From positions 1 to 24,546 of IMG/VR virus record IMGVR_UViG_3300021963_000627: 24,546 nucleotides of DNA; one strand, written 5' to 3'. The number at the start of each line of letters is the position of its first letter. The stretch's first letter is position 1. The notes under the pieces were generated by a model that worked only from the letters and a program-made list of their open reading frames with translations, was not told the origin of the DNA and did not search any database. The position numbers and the translations under genes were made by a program. Below, one piece after another: positions 1-8,305 of this stretch. Source of the DNA: a virus (lineage: Duplodnaviria; Caudoviricetes).

Positions 1-164
1 TCTCCGTCAGCCGGTCCATCAGTGATACTGAAGTGATCCGCAGACCACTCCAGTATTGGTTTTCTGAATAACCCGATCTTGTCGCCTGCCGTATATCCAC
101 CGCCAACCATTGCAAAAAGAGCCGTGACGGCTCCTATAGATTTGGTCGCGCGGTCAATATCCAT
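1..164 (-). CDS. Partial ORF running off the window start; N-terminally membrane-anchored hypothetical protein in the lysis region
   Basis: Translated by hand from ATG at 164: MDIDRATKSIGAVTALFAMVGGGYTAGDKIGLFRKPILEWSADHFSITDGPADG..., open to base 1. It has a hydrophobic N-terminal stretch and starts 4 nt after the stop of 169..354. Confidence 0.6.
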   Translation of the reverse strand, partial: MDIDRATKSIGAVTALFAMVGGGYTAGDKIGLFRKPILEWSADHFSITDGPADG

Positions 165-168
165 CGCA

Positions 169-354
169 TCAAACGTCCCGGTTTTTCCCAATCCACTTCT
201 GCACGGTGTCCGTCTCGTAGATGCGGATACCAGTCCAAACAATTGTGAAGATCGCCGCGATAGATGGAAGCACGCCAGTCAATGTCCCTACTACTGTGAC
301 AACAGATGCGGCGTCAGCGATATGCTTCACAGTATCGTCAACGTGCGGCGTCAT
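169..354 (-). CDS. Small transmembrane protein, holin-like
   Basis: 61 aa with a hydrophobic core (VVTVVGTLTGVLPSIAAIFTIVWTGI) and a charged C-terminus. It lies downstream of the tail genes, 1 nt after the previous stop. Confidence 0.55.
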   Translation of the reverse strand: MTPHVDDTVKHIADAASVVTVVGTLTGVLPSIAAIFTIVWTGIRIYETDTVQKWIGKNRDV

Positions 355-355
355 C

Positions 356-1177
356 TTACAAACCCTTATCTACGGATGAAGGCCAAACTGGCATGTCCCA
401 TGTTACATCAGAGGAAAGATGCGTGCAGGAAGAAACATCCTCCGCTATCCAATACTTCATGCTTCTCCAGCGCCCATTAGCAAGTTCGCTCTTGGAAGCG
501 ACGTAAGACCTAATCTCGACATCAGTCTTACCGCCAGCGATAGCCTCTGCAAAGAAATTGCGCTTGCTGCACTTAAAGCAAACGCCGCACGGCTCTGGCG
601 CAGGACTGTCGCAGGATCGCGTCAAGGCGTACAACGTGGCAGGCATTTCACGGATAGCCATGCCCTGATGGTAATTCATATCAAGGAGCATGAAGCTCAA
701 CTGGCCGCGAGTAGCGTCAGCAGCAAACCTGTCTCTGGCGGCTAAAGCTCCCGGCGCTCGGGTTGCAATCGTGCCGCCATTAGAGAAGCCGTCATTCTCA
801 CGTTCTGTGGTGACGATGACCTTATCAGCTTCGCCCGCGTTTATTTTTTGAATAGCCCAATCAACGATGATGGTCTGAGGATTGTTGGGATACTCAACGC
901 CGCGCCGCATAACTGAGCCATCAAGGCGCACTTCAGCCAAGGTGCATGGGCGGACATTTGAAGATAGCCATTGGACAATAGACTGAACACGAGCAACGCG
1001 GCTGGCGTTTGATTGCGTGCTATTGAAGCTGCGAACATCAAACTTTCGCATTACTTCTGGCGTCAAATCATCCGTATTGAGAAGAACGACAGTTACATCG
1101 TCTGTGGTTGTGGAAAGGAGTTTCCACAAAGCGTATGTGGAGTCCAAGCCACCAGAATTTCCAATGATGGTTTTCAT
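356..1177 (-). CDS. QueC-like (7-cyano-7-deazaguanine synthase family) PP-loop ATP pyrophosphatase
   Basis: N-terminal PP-loop SGGLDS and a C-terminal Zn motif TRSC-x7-CGVCFKCSKR typical of the QueC family. ATGA overlap with 1174..1560. The middle of the protein looks divergent, so canonical QueC activity is not assured. Confidence 0.7.
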   Translation of the reverse strand: MKTIIGNSGGLDSTYALWKLLSTTTDDVTVVLLNTDDLTPEVMRKFDVRSFNSTQSNASRVARVQSIVQWLSSNVRPCTLAEVRLDGSVMRRGVEYPNNPQTIIVDWAIQKINAGEADKVIVTTERENDGFSNGGTIATRAPGALAARDRFAADATRGQLSFMLLDMNYHQGMAIREMPATLYALTRSCDSPAPEPCGVCFKCSKRNFFAEAIAGGKTDVEIRSYVASKSELANGRWRSMKYWIAEDVSSCTHLSSDVTWDMPVWPSSVDKGL

Positions 1178-1560
1178 ACTGCACCCGGATTAAGAATGGC
1201 ATCCCACTCTTGGTTTTCTTCATCCCAGATAAGCGTGTAGTTGTCTGGTACGGTAGGCTTAGGCACAGGGCAAACCCATGTGCCAGTCGCGACATCAAAC
1301 GTCCAAGACGGGTATGGTTGCGGCTCTACAAATACATCAAGAGGCTCATGGTACATGAAGCCAACACCAGCATATTGACGGCGAAAATTATTGTTATAGC
1401 TGGTTTGTTTCCAACGGGTATCAGCGCCGAGTAAATTCTGGCAAAAGGCTATGCCAATGACCTCACTCTCTTTTCCATCCGCATCTAAACAATCGCTGTT
1501 ATTAACAACGATAACCCGAGTAACTATGTTGTTTTCATCAAGTTGAGCAAAGTGAGCCAT
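1174..1560 (-). CDS. Conserved phage tail-fibre-associated protein (MAHFA...PQPYPSW family)
   Basis: Motifs MAHFAQLDENNIV, WKQTSYN, FRRQYAGVG, PQPYPSW and WDEENQEW are familiar from phage proteins encoded next to Gly-rich fibres. Confidence 0.65.
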   Translation of the reverse strand: MAHFAQLDENNIVTRVIVVNNSDCLDADGKESEVIGIAFCQNLLGADTRWKQTSYNNNFRRQYAGVGFMYHEPLDVFVEPQPYPSWTFDVATGTWVCPVPKPTVPDNYTLIWDEENQEWDAILNPGAV

Positions 1561-1562
1561 GA

Positions 1563-2444
1563 CTAGCCCTTATACTGATAGCGGAAAATAACGACCCCAG
1601 AGCCACCAGACCCACCGTTAGCAGAGCCTGAAGACCCGCCGCCGCCACCACCCTGATTGCTTGCGCCACTGGTTACGCCACTACCGGCAGAACCGACTCC
1701 GCCGTTACCAGCCCCAGAGCCGCCGGTTCCGCGCGTATTAGATATATTCCCGTCAGCACCGCCGCCGCCGCCAGACCCGTACACTACAGAAGAGCCTGAT
1801 ATTGTTGATGTTAAACCAGCGCCACCATTTCCGCCAATTGCGCCCGAGGAGCTTGCGGAAGCAATAGTACCATTGGCATTTTTACCGCCGCCACCGCCGC
1901 CTCCAACAGCAAGGTTTGGACTTTTGCTACCACTATCATAATAAGCACCGTTTGCCCCGGAAGAACCTTGCCCAGAAGTGCCAACAGAACCTGCCGAAAT
2001 ATAACTGCCGCCGCCGCCAGAGCCACCACTAGCCGGGCCTTGTGACGTCCCGCCCCCTCTTCCGCCGCCCTTAGTGTCTGAAAATGTACTTACAGTCGTA
2101 TCGGCACCTGATGTTTCGCTTCCTCCTCCAGCACCGATTACAATGCTATAGCTTTGGGTGCTTAAAGCGGAAGAGCCGTTTTGAACACCACCGGCTCCGC
2201 CACCACCACTAGCCGCATTGTTTGAGGTTGATCCACCACCGCCGCCGCCGCCAGCGACTATTAGATAATCAATATTTTTACCGGGCTGCTTTGTAACCGT
2301 AAAAGTTCCGCTACCTGTAAACGTATGGATTTTAAAATTTCCGTCGTAAGTAATCGTTCCGCCAGTAGCCTCCACATAAGAAGCGCCACCAGCAAAACCA
2401 AACCCACGAGCAGATGCAGCGCCGCGCGTTACAATAGTCGGCAT
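1563..2444 (-). CDS. Glycine-rich tail fibre / receptor-binding-type protein
   Basis: Likely start is ATG 2444 (MPTIVTRGAASARGFG), 7 nt after the upstream stop. Contains GGTIT..HTFTGSGTFTV, YLIVAGGGGGG, many GGGGGG runs and a terminal GGSGGSGVVIFRY, the pattern of phage Gly-rich domains. Confidence 0.7.
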   Translation of the reverse strand: MPTIVTRGAASARGFGFAGGASYVEATGGTITYDGNFKIHTFTGSGTFTVTKQPGKNIDYLIVAGGGGGGGSTSNNAASGGGGAGGVQNGSSALSTQSYSIVIGAGGGSETSGADTTVSTFSDTKGGGRGGGTSQGPASGGSGGGGSYISAGSVGTSGQGSSGANGAYYDSGSKSPNLAVGGGGGGGKNANGTIASASSSGAIGGNGGAGLTSTISGSSVVYGSGGGGGADGNISNTRGTGGSGAGNGGVGSAGSGVTSGASNQGGGGGGSSGSANGGSGGSGVVIFRYQYKG

Positions 2445-2451
2445 ATCAGCC

Positions 2452-3396
2452 TCACTTAAACTGCGTCTGAGAGGCAAACACTGTGAACGTGGCAGAAGCC
2501 GTCTTCACGATGGTGTAAGTGTACACATCAATAGAAGATGCATTGCCAGCGGTCGGAGCCGTCCCGCCCTGCCACTTCGGCGTGACAGACGAGCCATCAA
2601 CCTGCACCGCGTTGTTGTAATAAGCTGTAGCCCCAGTCGTCACAAGGAAGGCCACCGTAATCATCTGACCAGTTGACATCAGTGTGTTCAGCGACGTGCC
2701 AGACGAACCACGGAAGTTCACCGTCCAGTTGGCGGAGGCGTTCGACGTGTAATACAGAACGCTCTGCGTCGTCACGTCGTAGTTGATCGTGCCAGTCGCA
2801 GCCGTCGCCGAAACAGTCGCAGCTTCTGCAATATCCGTTACGACCATCGCCAACTTAGACGAGGTTCCATTGAACGTCTGGATACCGGTAAACGTGTTGT
2901 CAGCCGCCGCGCTGAACCCAGCCGCAGGCGTCGAGGATACCCACGTCGTGCCGTTGGAGGTCAGCACGTTTCCGTTTGTTCCCGGCGCCACGACCTGAAC
3001 AGCCGACGTGCCGTTGCCAAGGATAACATTGTTGGCCGTAAGCGACGTTGCGCCAGTGCCACCAGCAGCAACTGGCAATGTTCCAGCAGTCAACGCAGAA
3101 GAGGACGTTGAATAAAGAGCGTAATTTGCGGCAGTAAGCGTTGTAAGACCAGTACCGCCATTGGCTACACCCACAGCCGCAGAACCATTGATCGTGCCGT
3201 TCAGCGTGATCGTGCCACCAATCGTCAGCGTCTTGCCGGTGCCAACCTGAAGACCAACCGACGTGCCGTTGCCAGCCGCATTAAACAGGGCGTCGAGCGT
3301 GTCGAGGTCGGTGTTGAGCTTGCCACCCCATGTGTCACGGGACGCGCCGACCTCTGGCTTCGTGAGCGAAAGGTTAGTTGTGTATGTATCAGGCAT
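2452..3396 (-). CDS. Tail fibre / virion structural protein
   Basis: Thr/Gly/Ala/Ser-rich. N-terminal [23 protein letters not shown] anchor, two V(A/N)xGGTG repeats, [13 protein letters not shown], and a C-terminal [18 protein letters not shown] domain. ATG at 3396 with GGAG upstream. Confidence 0.7.
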   Translation of the reverse strand: MPDTYTTNLSLTKPEVGASRDTWGGKLNTDLDTLDALFNAAGNGTSVGLQVGTGKTLTIGGTITLNGTINGSAAVGVANGGTGLTTLTAANYALYSTSSSALTAGTLPVAAGGTGATSLTANNVILGNGTSAVQVVAPGTNGNVLTSNGTTWVSSTPAAGFSAAADNTFTGIQTFNGTSSKLAMVVTDIAEAATVSATAATGTINYDVTTQSVLYYTSNASANWTVNFRGSSGTSLNTLMSTGQMITVAFLVTTGATAYYNNAVQVDGSSVTPKWQGGTAPTAGNASSIDVYTYTIVKTASATFTVFASQTQFK

Positions 3397-3865
3397 CACA
3401 AGGCTCCGATAAGTGTTTCCAGCGGCGACCGTTCCTGATTGCCGAAATTAGGCTAATACTAACCTTAAATCTGTCAGCCAAAACAGAAAGAGTTTCTTTG
3501 CTGTTTAGGATTGCTCTTGCGTCATCTTCTGACAGTTTGTGATTTACGTGGCGCTCTCCATATACATGCCTATCCTTACTGTGCATGTCGATGGAGTTAT
3601 CCTTGCGATCCCCAACCCAAAGATGGTCGGGATTAACGCATGATGGGTTATCGCATTTATGCAGAACGCAGTCTTGATCTGTTATTTCTGAACAGAAAAT
3701 TGAATATGAGACACGATGAGATAAGCGCGTCATCCCATCAATTTTTATGCGACCATATCCATCCTCGTCGGCAGCAGCAGTCCAAAGCCAGCATTTAGAC
3801 ATAGGTTCTGGTAGAACCTTGTCCATAAAGCGGACTTCAAGAGATTGCGGGTGCCACCTGCTCAT
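3389..3865 (-). CDS. Free-standing HNH homing endonuclease with a C-terminal HTH-like DNA-binding segment
   Basis: [36 protein letters not shown] motif; C-terminal [29 protein letters not shown]. Visibly more AT-rich than the flanks. Confidence 0.9.
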   Translation of the reverse strand: MSRWHPQSLEVRFMDKVLPEPMSKCWLWTAAADEDGYGRIKIDGMTRLSHRVSYSIFCSEITDQDCVLHKCDNPSCVNPDHLWVGDRKDNSIDMHSKDRHVYGERHVNHKLSEDDARAILNSKETLSVLADRFKVSISLISAIRNGRRWKHLSEPCDA

Positions 3866-3871
3866 TTTGTC

Positions 3872-4654
3872 CTACTGAACTACCCAAGTTTCGGATGGAA
3901 CGGTTTGCGGTATCCACGTCGCAGCAGATGAAGACTGGTTCGACCAGCTTTCTGACACTACAGTTTCCTTCTCCCACAAATATCGCCCATTGGCCGTCAT
4001 GTTTGAGGTTATGGCTATAGTTGTGGAAACAGAGAACCTGCGAACCGCAACAGCAACCATGCCACTCTGAACTGTTATCAGTTCTACAGCAGAATAGGTC
4101 GCATTTCCAGCAGCGGCTGCGTCGGAGGTGCAGGTAATCGTGAGCGTCTGGTAAAAGTAGCGCGTAGGCGTAAACTGGCCGTCGCTTTCCGATGTTCCAA
4201 TGGCGTCGCCAAGGATAACAGCGTAGCCGTCTGCATGGGCGTTTGACGTGGACGCGCCGTCAGCCGTGGCATTGATGTCCTTGTCCGCCACAGCAGTCAT
4301 GCCAGACGTGCAGGCGATGACTTCTGCAGCCTCACGGACGCGCCCAGCCGTTACAGACGCGCCAGACGTGATCTCAATGAGGGCGGACGCCAGTTCTGTA
4401 TTGGCCGCAGCAGCAGCGCCGCTGGTCGTTGACATGGCCTCGGCTTCAGCGAATACAATCCGCTGACCCGCAGCCGTCATGTCAGACGTAATGGCGATCT
4501 GGTCTAGCGTTAGGCTTTCGCCATAGCTCCAAGCGCCATAATCGCCACCACCATAGTTGCGACCGGGATATGGATCGACGTTGACGACATAGGACGTTCC
4601 GAAAACGCCCTCGCCATAGTCATACTCACCATATGCCCGACCGAGGTACGCCAT
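3872..4654 (-). CDS. Virion structural protein (Ala/Thr-rich, tail region)
   Basis: Duplicated N-terminal YG motif (GRAYGEYDYGEGVFG / GRNYGGGDYGAWSYG), repeated ..I..TS...A.. units and a Trp-spaced C-terminus. TAATG coupling to the upstream gene. Confidence 0.6.
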   Translation of the reverse strand: MAYLGRAYGEYDYGEGVFGTSYVVNVDPYPGRNYGGGDYGAWSYGESLTLDQIAITSDMTAAGQRIVFAEAEAMSTTSGAAAAANTELASALIEITSGASVTAGRVREAAEVIACTSGMTAVADKDINATADGASTSNAHADGYAVILGDAIGTSESDGQFTPTRYFYQTLTITCTSDAAAAGNATYSAVELITVQSGMVAVAVRRFSVSTTIAITSNMTANGRYLWEKETVVSESWSNQSSSAATWIPQTVPSETWVVQ

Positions 4655-5046
4655 TAGTCGAGCGTAATATCAATTGCGCCAGTGTTGAACCGCAACACGT
4701 CGCCCGTGTCGATGGTCTTGCTGGTCGTCAGGTTGGCGAAGGCAATCAGGTTGCCAGAGGTCGAGGCGTCGAAGATGCCAGCCGCAACGATGGTGCCCCA
4801 GTTGCCGGTAGCCTCGGCGAACTCAACAGCCGCAGAGTTGGAGGCGACTGTCGGGGCGGTGCCGGAGACAGTGAACGTGGCAGATACGCGGGCATAGGAG
4901 CCGCCAGACACCTCAGTGCCGCCGCCGCCCTCGCCGGGAGCTACGGTGTAGAGGCCGACGTACCACGAGGTCGGTCGGGTCGCCGAGGCCGTCGTGAACA
5001 GCCAATCAAGAACGAGGTCTTCTGCGTAGTTAGTCAAACCGGCCAT
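4654..5046 (-). CDS. Small tail/fibre-base structural protein
   Basis: Motifs NYAEDLVLD, YVGLYT, GGGTEVSGGSYARV, F.EATGNWGTI..GIFDASTSGNL and GDVLRF are typical of a widespread phage tail protein family. It follows the adaptor gene. Confidence 0.7.
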   Translation of the reverse strand: MAGLTNYAEDLVLDWLFTTASATRPTSWYVGLYTVAPGEGGGGTEVSGGSYARVSATFTVSGTAPTVASNSAAVEFAEATGNWGTIVAAGIFDASTSGNLIAFANLTTSKTIDTGDVLRFNTGAIDITLD

Positions 5047-5663
5047 TAGTAAGCCCTCCGAGTGCGAGCGATGAGCGGCGAGCCGCTGTGCAGTGATTTC
5101 TGGCTTTCATCTATCAGCGCCTGTGTGCGCGTCAGATAAATCTGGGCGAAGACCGGGATGCGCTGGTCGTCCATAAGGAACGGTGCGGCATGGGTCAGGG
5201 CGCCGTAGAGGTAAACGTCGGGAGCCTTCGTCAGCAACCAGTTGGTCGTGTTCTGATCCGACAACGCCGGAATTTTGGCGTAGTAGATCATCTCAATGTC
5301 GATGTCCTCGGCAGGCTCTGGAACGATCTCAATCGCACCGTTCATCAGCGAATAGTAGTGCGGACCTACATAAAGTTGCTCTTTGTTGACGATATCGGCC
5401 TCGTCCAGCGTGATATAGCGCAGCGGCTGCTGACCGCCGACGATGTGGAGGTTGATGGCCTCCAGCCAGTCGGCAGGCAGCTGGACGTACTCGGCGCTGG
5501 ATGTCGCCTCGGCGCGCACGATCTGCTCTCGGCAGCGCAGCCGGGTGTTCATGTCGGCCTCAGCAAACTGGATGAACGTCTCGATCTGAGAAGTCAGATC
5601 AGCACGGTTCAAGTAGTCCGCGATGGTGGACTTGAGCGTCGAGTAATTGGTGATCGTCGCCAT
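5046..5663 (-). CDS. Head-to-tail adaptor / tail tubular-like protein
   Basis: True start is ATG 5663 (MATITNYSTLKSTIADYLNRADL), with a TAATG overlap. Motifs FIQFAEA..LR, LPADWLE, YYAKIPALSD..TNWLL..PDVYLYGAL. Lies two genes after the capsid gene. Confidence 0.75.
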   Translation of the reverse strand: MATITNYSTLKSTIADYLNRADLTSQIETFIQFAEADMNTRLRCREQIVRAEATSSAEYVQLPADWLEAINLHIVGGQQPLRYITLDEADIVNKEQLYVGPHYYSLMNGAIEIVPEPAEDIDIEMIYYAKIPALSDQNTTNWLLTKAPDVYLYGALTHAAPFLMDDQRIPVFAQIYLTRTQALIDESQKSLHSGSPLIARTRRAY

Positions 5664-5998
5664 TAGCTCTTGATCCAGTGCGTGCGGAACGGCGCGGCTT
5701 CTTCGGACGCCAGCCATTTCCGCAGTTCAGTTCGGTCGCCAAGAATACCCCGTTTCCGCAGGTCAAGATAGACCATCATCGGCAAAGACGCGACCTTCAC
5801 CATGCCGTCTGGAACCTTTTCAGTTCTGCTGATGGAGTTGCGTTCTTCCTTCGCAGCCTCGGCAATCGGGTCGATCTCATAGCTGGTTTCAAGCACCAGC
5901 TTGTTGTCGGTCGTCAGGTGCATCTTTTGCAGCGTCCCAGTCAGACTGTCATACGAGATGACCTCCGACGAGTTCTGCTTGATGTCGTAGTCAGACAT
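5663..5998 (-). CDS. Conserved hypothetical phage protein following the major capsid gene
   Basis: 111 aa with the KVASLPM..LRKRGI..LRKWL..FRT pattern; purine-rich RBS (AGGGGG) upstream. Confidence 0.65.
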   Translation of the reverse strand: MSDYDIKQNSSEVISYDSLTGTLQKMHLTTDNKLVLETSYEIDPIAEAAKEERNSISRTEKVPDGMVKVASLPMMVYLDLRKRGILGDRTELRKWLASEEAAPFRTHWIKS

Positions 5999-6016
5999 GG
6001 TTCCCCCTAAGAAGGA

Positions 6017-6044
6017 GGAGCCGGGTTTCCCCGGCTCCCTTTTT
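6017..6044. terminator. GC-rich hairpin after the major capsid gene (intrinsic terminator or attenuator, possibly bidirectional)
   Basis: Perfect 9-bp stem, GGAGCCGGG (6017-6025) / CCCGGCTCC (6030-6038). On the minus strand the loop is GAAA and is followed by UCCUUCUU; on the plus strand the stem is followed by CTTTTT. Confidence 0.7.
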
Positions 6045-6046
6045 CA

Positions 6047-7027
6047 TCACGACGGGATGAGGTTGGCGATGACCGCGTGAGCCTTTTCGCTCTTGATGCG
6101 GAGGCCGTATTCCACAACCATCTCAGCCTTCACACTGTCGCCCGTGACGGCAAGGTCGAAGGTCTGGAAGGGACGCAGGTACGACACGGACGCATATTCC
6201 GGGTCCAGCACGAAAGCGAAGTTGCCCGGGCTGAAGCGGTTCGGAACGATGGACACCTCGCCGAAGTCGCCGAGGTACACATCCGCCGTGGCGATGATTT
6301 TCATCGGCTGCGCGGAGGTGTAGTTCATGCGCTGCTGGGCAAGGCCAGCAAAGCCAGACGCCACCGTCTTGTTGTAGGCGTTCACCATGAACACCTTCGG
6401 GTCGCCGCCCTGCGTCCAGACCTGCTGGATGGCGGTCTTGAGCATGGTTTCAGTCAGCGCCACGTCGGTCGAGGTCGAAAGAGCCGTCCACGCCGTCGAG
6501 GGATAGCCGTTGCCAGAAGCGCCCGACATCGAGGAAACGGTCGCGCCGTTCGCCTGCGAGTTGGTGATGAGCCACGTCGGCAGACCAGCCGTCTTACGCG
6601 CCGTGGAGTTGTTGCCAGCCACGCCAGCTTGGTTGCTGGTGAGGATAGCTTCCATGTCGCGCTTCAGTTCCTTCGCAGCCTTGGCCTTCTGATAAGCCAT
6701 CTGCGAGGTCATGCCAGCGTTGTTCACCTTGTTGTCGGTGTTCGACACGCTGATGACCTTGCGGCTGATCTGCGTGTAGTTGGCGACACGGGTCGTTGCA
6801 GTAAACTCAGCGTTGCCCGCATCGGCGCCTTCCACGACAGCATTTGAGGTGTCAGCACTGGCCAAAACATCGCATTGCCACTCGAAGTACGTATTCTCGC
6901 ACGTATCACGGCCAATGTTGGACATGAACGGCGTGTCAGTGGGAGAGATGTCATATATGACATCGCTCAAGTCGGTCTTGATGGAATTGACGCCATCATA
7001 CGTCGTAACTTTAGAAACGCTCGCCAT
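6047..7027 (-). CDS. Major capsid protein (DUF5309 / SU10-like family)
   Basis: Motifs DLSDVIYDISPTDTPF, FEWQCD.L, NAVVEGADA, NYTQISRK, ELKRDME, Y.GDFG.V.IVPNRF and EYGLRIKSEKAH. It follows the scaffold gene and is followed by a hairpin. Confidence 0.9.
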   Translation of the reverse strand: MASVSKVTTYDGVNSIKTDLSDVIYDISPTDTPFMSNIGRDTCENTYFEWQCDVLASADTSNAVVEGADAGNAEFTATTRVANYTQISRKVISVSNTDNKVNNAGMTSQMAYQKAKAAKELKRDMEAILTSNQAGVAGNNSTARKTAGLPTWLITNSQANGATVSSMSGASGNGYPSTAWTALSTSTDVALTETMLKTAIQQVWTQGGDPKVFMVNAYNKTVASGFAGLAQQRMNYTSAQPMKIIATADVYLGDFGEVSIVPNRFSPGNFAFVLDPEYASVSYLRPFQTFDLAVTGDSVKAEMVVEYGLRIKSEKAHAVIANLIPS

Positions 7028-7028
7028 T

Positions 7029-8036
7029 TTACTTTCTCCGAGAGTCTAGAAGACTGAAGTAAGCAGCCGCGTCATTGACGTGGCCGGTTGCTTTGAGACG
7101 CTGTTGTACTCGCTGCACATCGTTGCCCCGCATAGGAGTGCTGGTGTTTGCGCCCCCTCGCATCGGCTTCGGTCCTTCCTGTTTCACAGGCTTGGGACGG
7201 TTGCTCTGCAAGGCATCATATCGTCTCGCTTTCTCAAGGATGACGACATAACGAGGATCGTAAACCTGCCCGAGTTCTTCGTCGGTGAAGCCTTGCTTCA
7301 CGCCATATGAACGAAGCTCCCTCGTGGCAGCCTGACGTTTCTCTGGATCTGCCCACTCTTTGAAGGTCTGGGCAAGATACTTGCCCCCTTCTTCAACCAG
7401 CTTCTGTCTCGCGGCCATTTCCTGTTCTTGCTGGGCCTGCTGGAGACGCGCCTGCTCATACCTCATGGCATTGAGCTTCTCTTGGCGATCTCTCCATTGG
7501 TCACGCAAGATCGGATAATTGATCGGATCGTCTCGATGAATTGCCGCCCAATCTGGTTCAACCTCAACCTGCGATTGCAGGAGCGGTATCGCCATATCGA
7601 GAGCCTGCTTCATCTGAGCCCGTTCCAAATCGAGCCGCTGCTTCTCCTCTTTGATGGCTACAATGTTACGCGAATAATCGGACTGCCTCTGGTAGCCTTC
7701 GACAGCCTCTCGCAACGGAACCTGCATCGTCTTGCCGTCAATCTTGACGGTTACTAGCGTGTTCAGGTCGAGCGGCTTCTCTTTGCCACCTTCGTCGTCC
7801 GCGACATCGTCTGCCTCACCACCATCGTCGGAACCGTCATCCGGTGTCCTGCCCTCGGATCGTGGCGTCTCGTCGGCATCGTATGCCGCCGCCTCTGTCT
7901 CATCGACTTCGGCATCTGCTACATCGGGCTTCACAGGTTCGGCTTGGGCGTTGGAGCCTTCCGAGAGTGCTGTGATCCTACGTGCAGCATCCGCAAGGCC
8001 GATTTCGCTGGACTGCGACTGCTCGGCTTCAGACAT
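7029..8036 (-). CDS. Capsid scaffolding protein
   Basis: Acidic low-complexity N-terminus, VTVKIDGK..V.L.E..GYQRQSDYSR motif, coiled-coil middle and basic C-terminus; directly upstream of the MCP gene. Confidence 0.85.
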   Translation of the reverse strand: MSEAEQSQSSEIGLADAARRITALSEGSNAQAEPVKPDVADAEVDETEAAAYDADETPRSEGRTPDDGSDDGGEADDVADDEGGKEKPLDLNTLVTVKIDGKTMQVPLREAVEGYQRQSDYSRNIVAIKEEKQRLDLERAQMKQALDMAIPLLQSQVEVEPDWAAIHRDDPINYPILRDQWRDRQEKLNAMRYEQARLQQAQQEQEMAARQKLVEEGGKYLAQTFKEWADPEKRQAATRELRSYGVKQGFTDEELGQVYDPRYVVILEKARRYDALQSNRPKPVKQEGPKPMRGGANTSTPMRGNDVQRVQQRLKATGHVNDAAAYFSLLDSRRK

Positions 8037-8049
8037 AATCTACCTCATT

Positions 8050-8304
8050 TTAATTCCGCTTCAAGCGGCGGTTGAACTGCACGACATCAGGCGTGGCGGC
8101 GATGGCCGTCAATTCGTCCCTAAGTGCAGTTATGGCGCGCACCATGTGATACGCGTCATCTCGTTTCTGACTGTCGCCGGGTTCCGACAGCTTCCAGTCA
8201 ACTGTGTATCTTTCCTCCATGATCCGCATGACCTCGCGGAACGACGCGCTGCCAGCAAACGCCTTGGCCTCGCGCCACAGTTCTTCCTGCTCGAAGGTGG
8301 ACAT
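8050..8304 (-). CDS. Small conserved protein between the portal and scaffold genes
   Basis: Likely start is ATG 8304 (MSTFEQEELWREAKAF..., 84 aa), 1 nt after the MTase stop. Predominantly helical; occupies the usual small-gene slot between portal and scaffold. Confidence 0.65.
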   Translation of the reverse strand: MSTFEQEELWREAKAFAGSASFREVMRIMEERYTVDWKLSEPGDSQKRDDAYHMVRAITALRDELTAIAATPDVVQFNRRLKRN

Positions 8305-8305
8305 T

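Noticed and set aside
356-1177. 7-deazaguanine DNA-modification cluster
   Set aside because: Only the QueC-like gene is present. No dpdA, folE, queD or queE is visible and the context is structural, although genes outside the window cannot be excluded.
1563-2300. Many GCCGCCGCC/CCACC repeats suggesting a repeat array or a DGR variable region
   Set aside because: They are explained by poly-Gly codons. There is no spacer periodicity, no adenine-specific template/variable repeat pair and no reverse transcriptase in the window.
6040-6060. Programmed frameshift or read-through extension of the major capsid protein
   Set aside because: The gene ends in tandem TGA TGA stops with no slippery heptamer before them.
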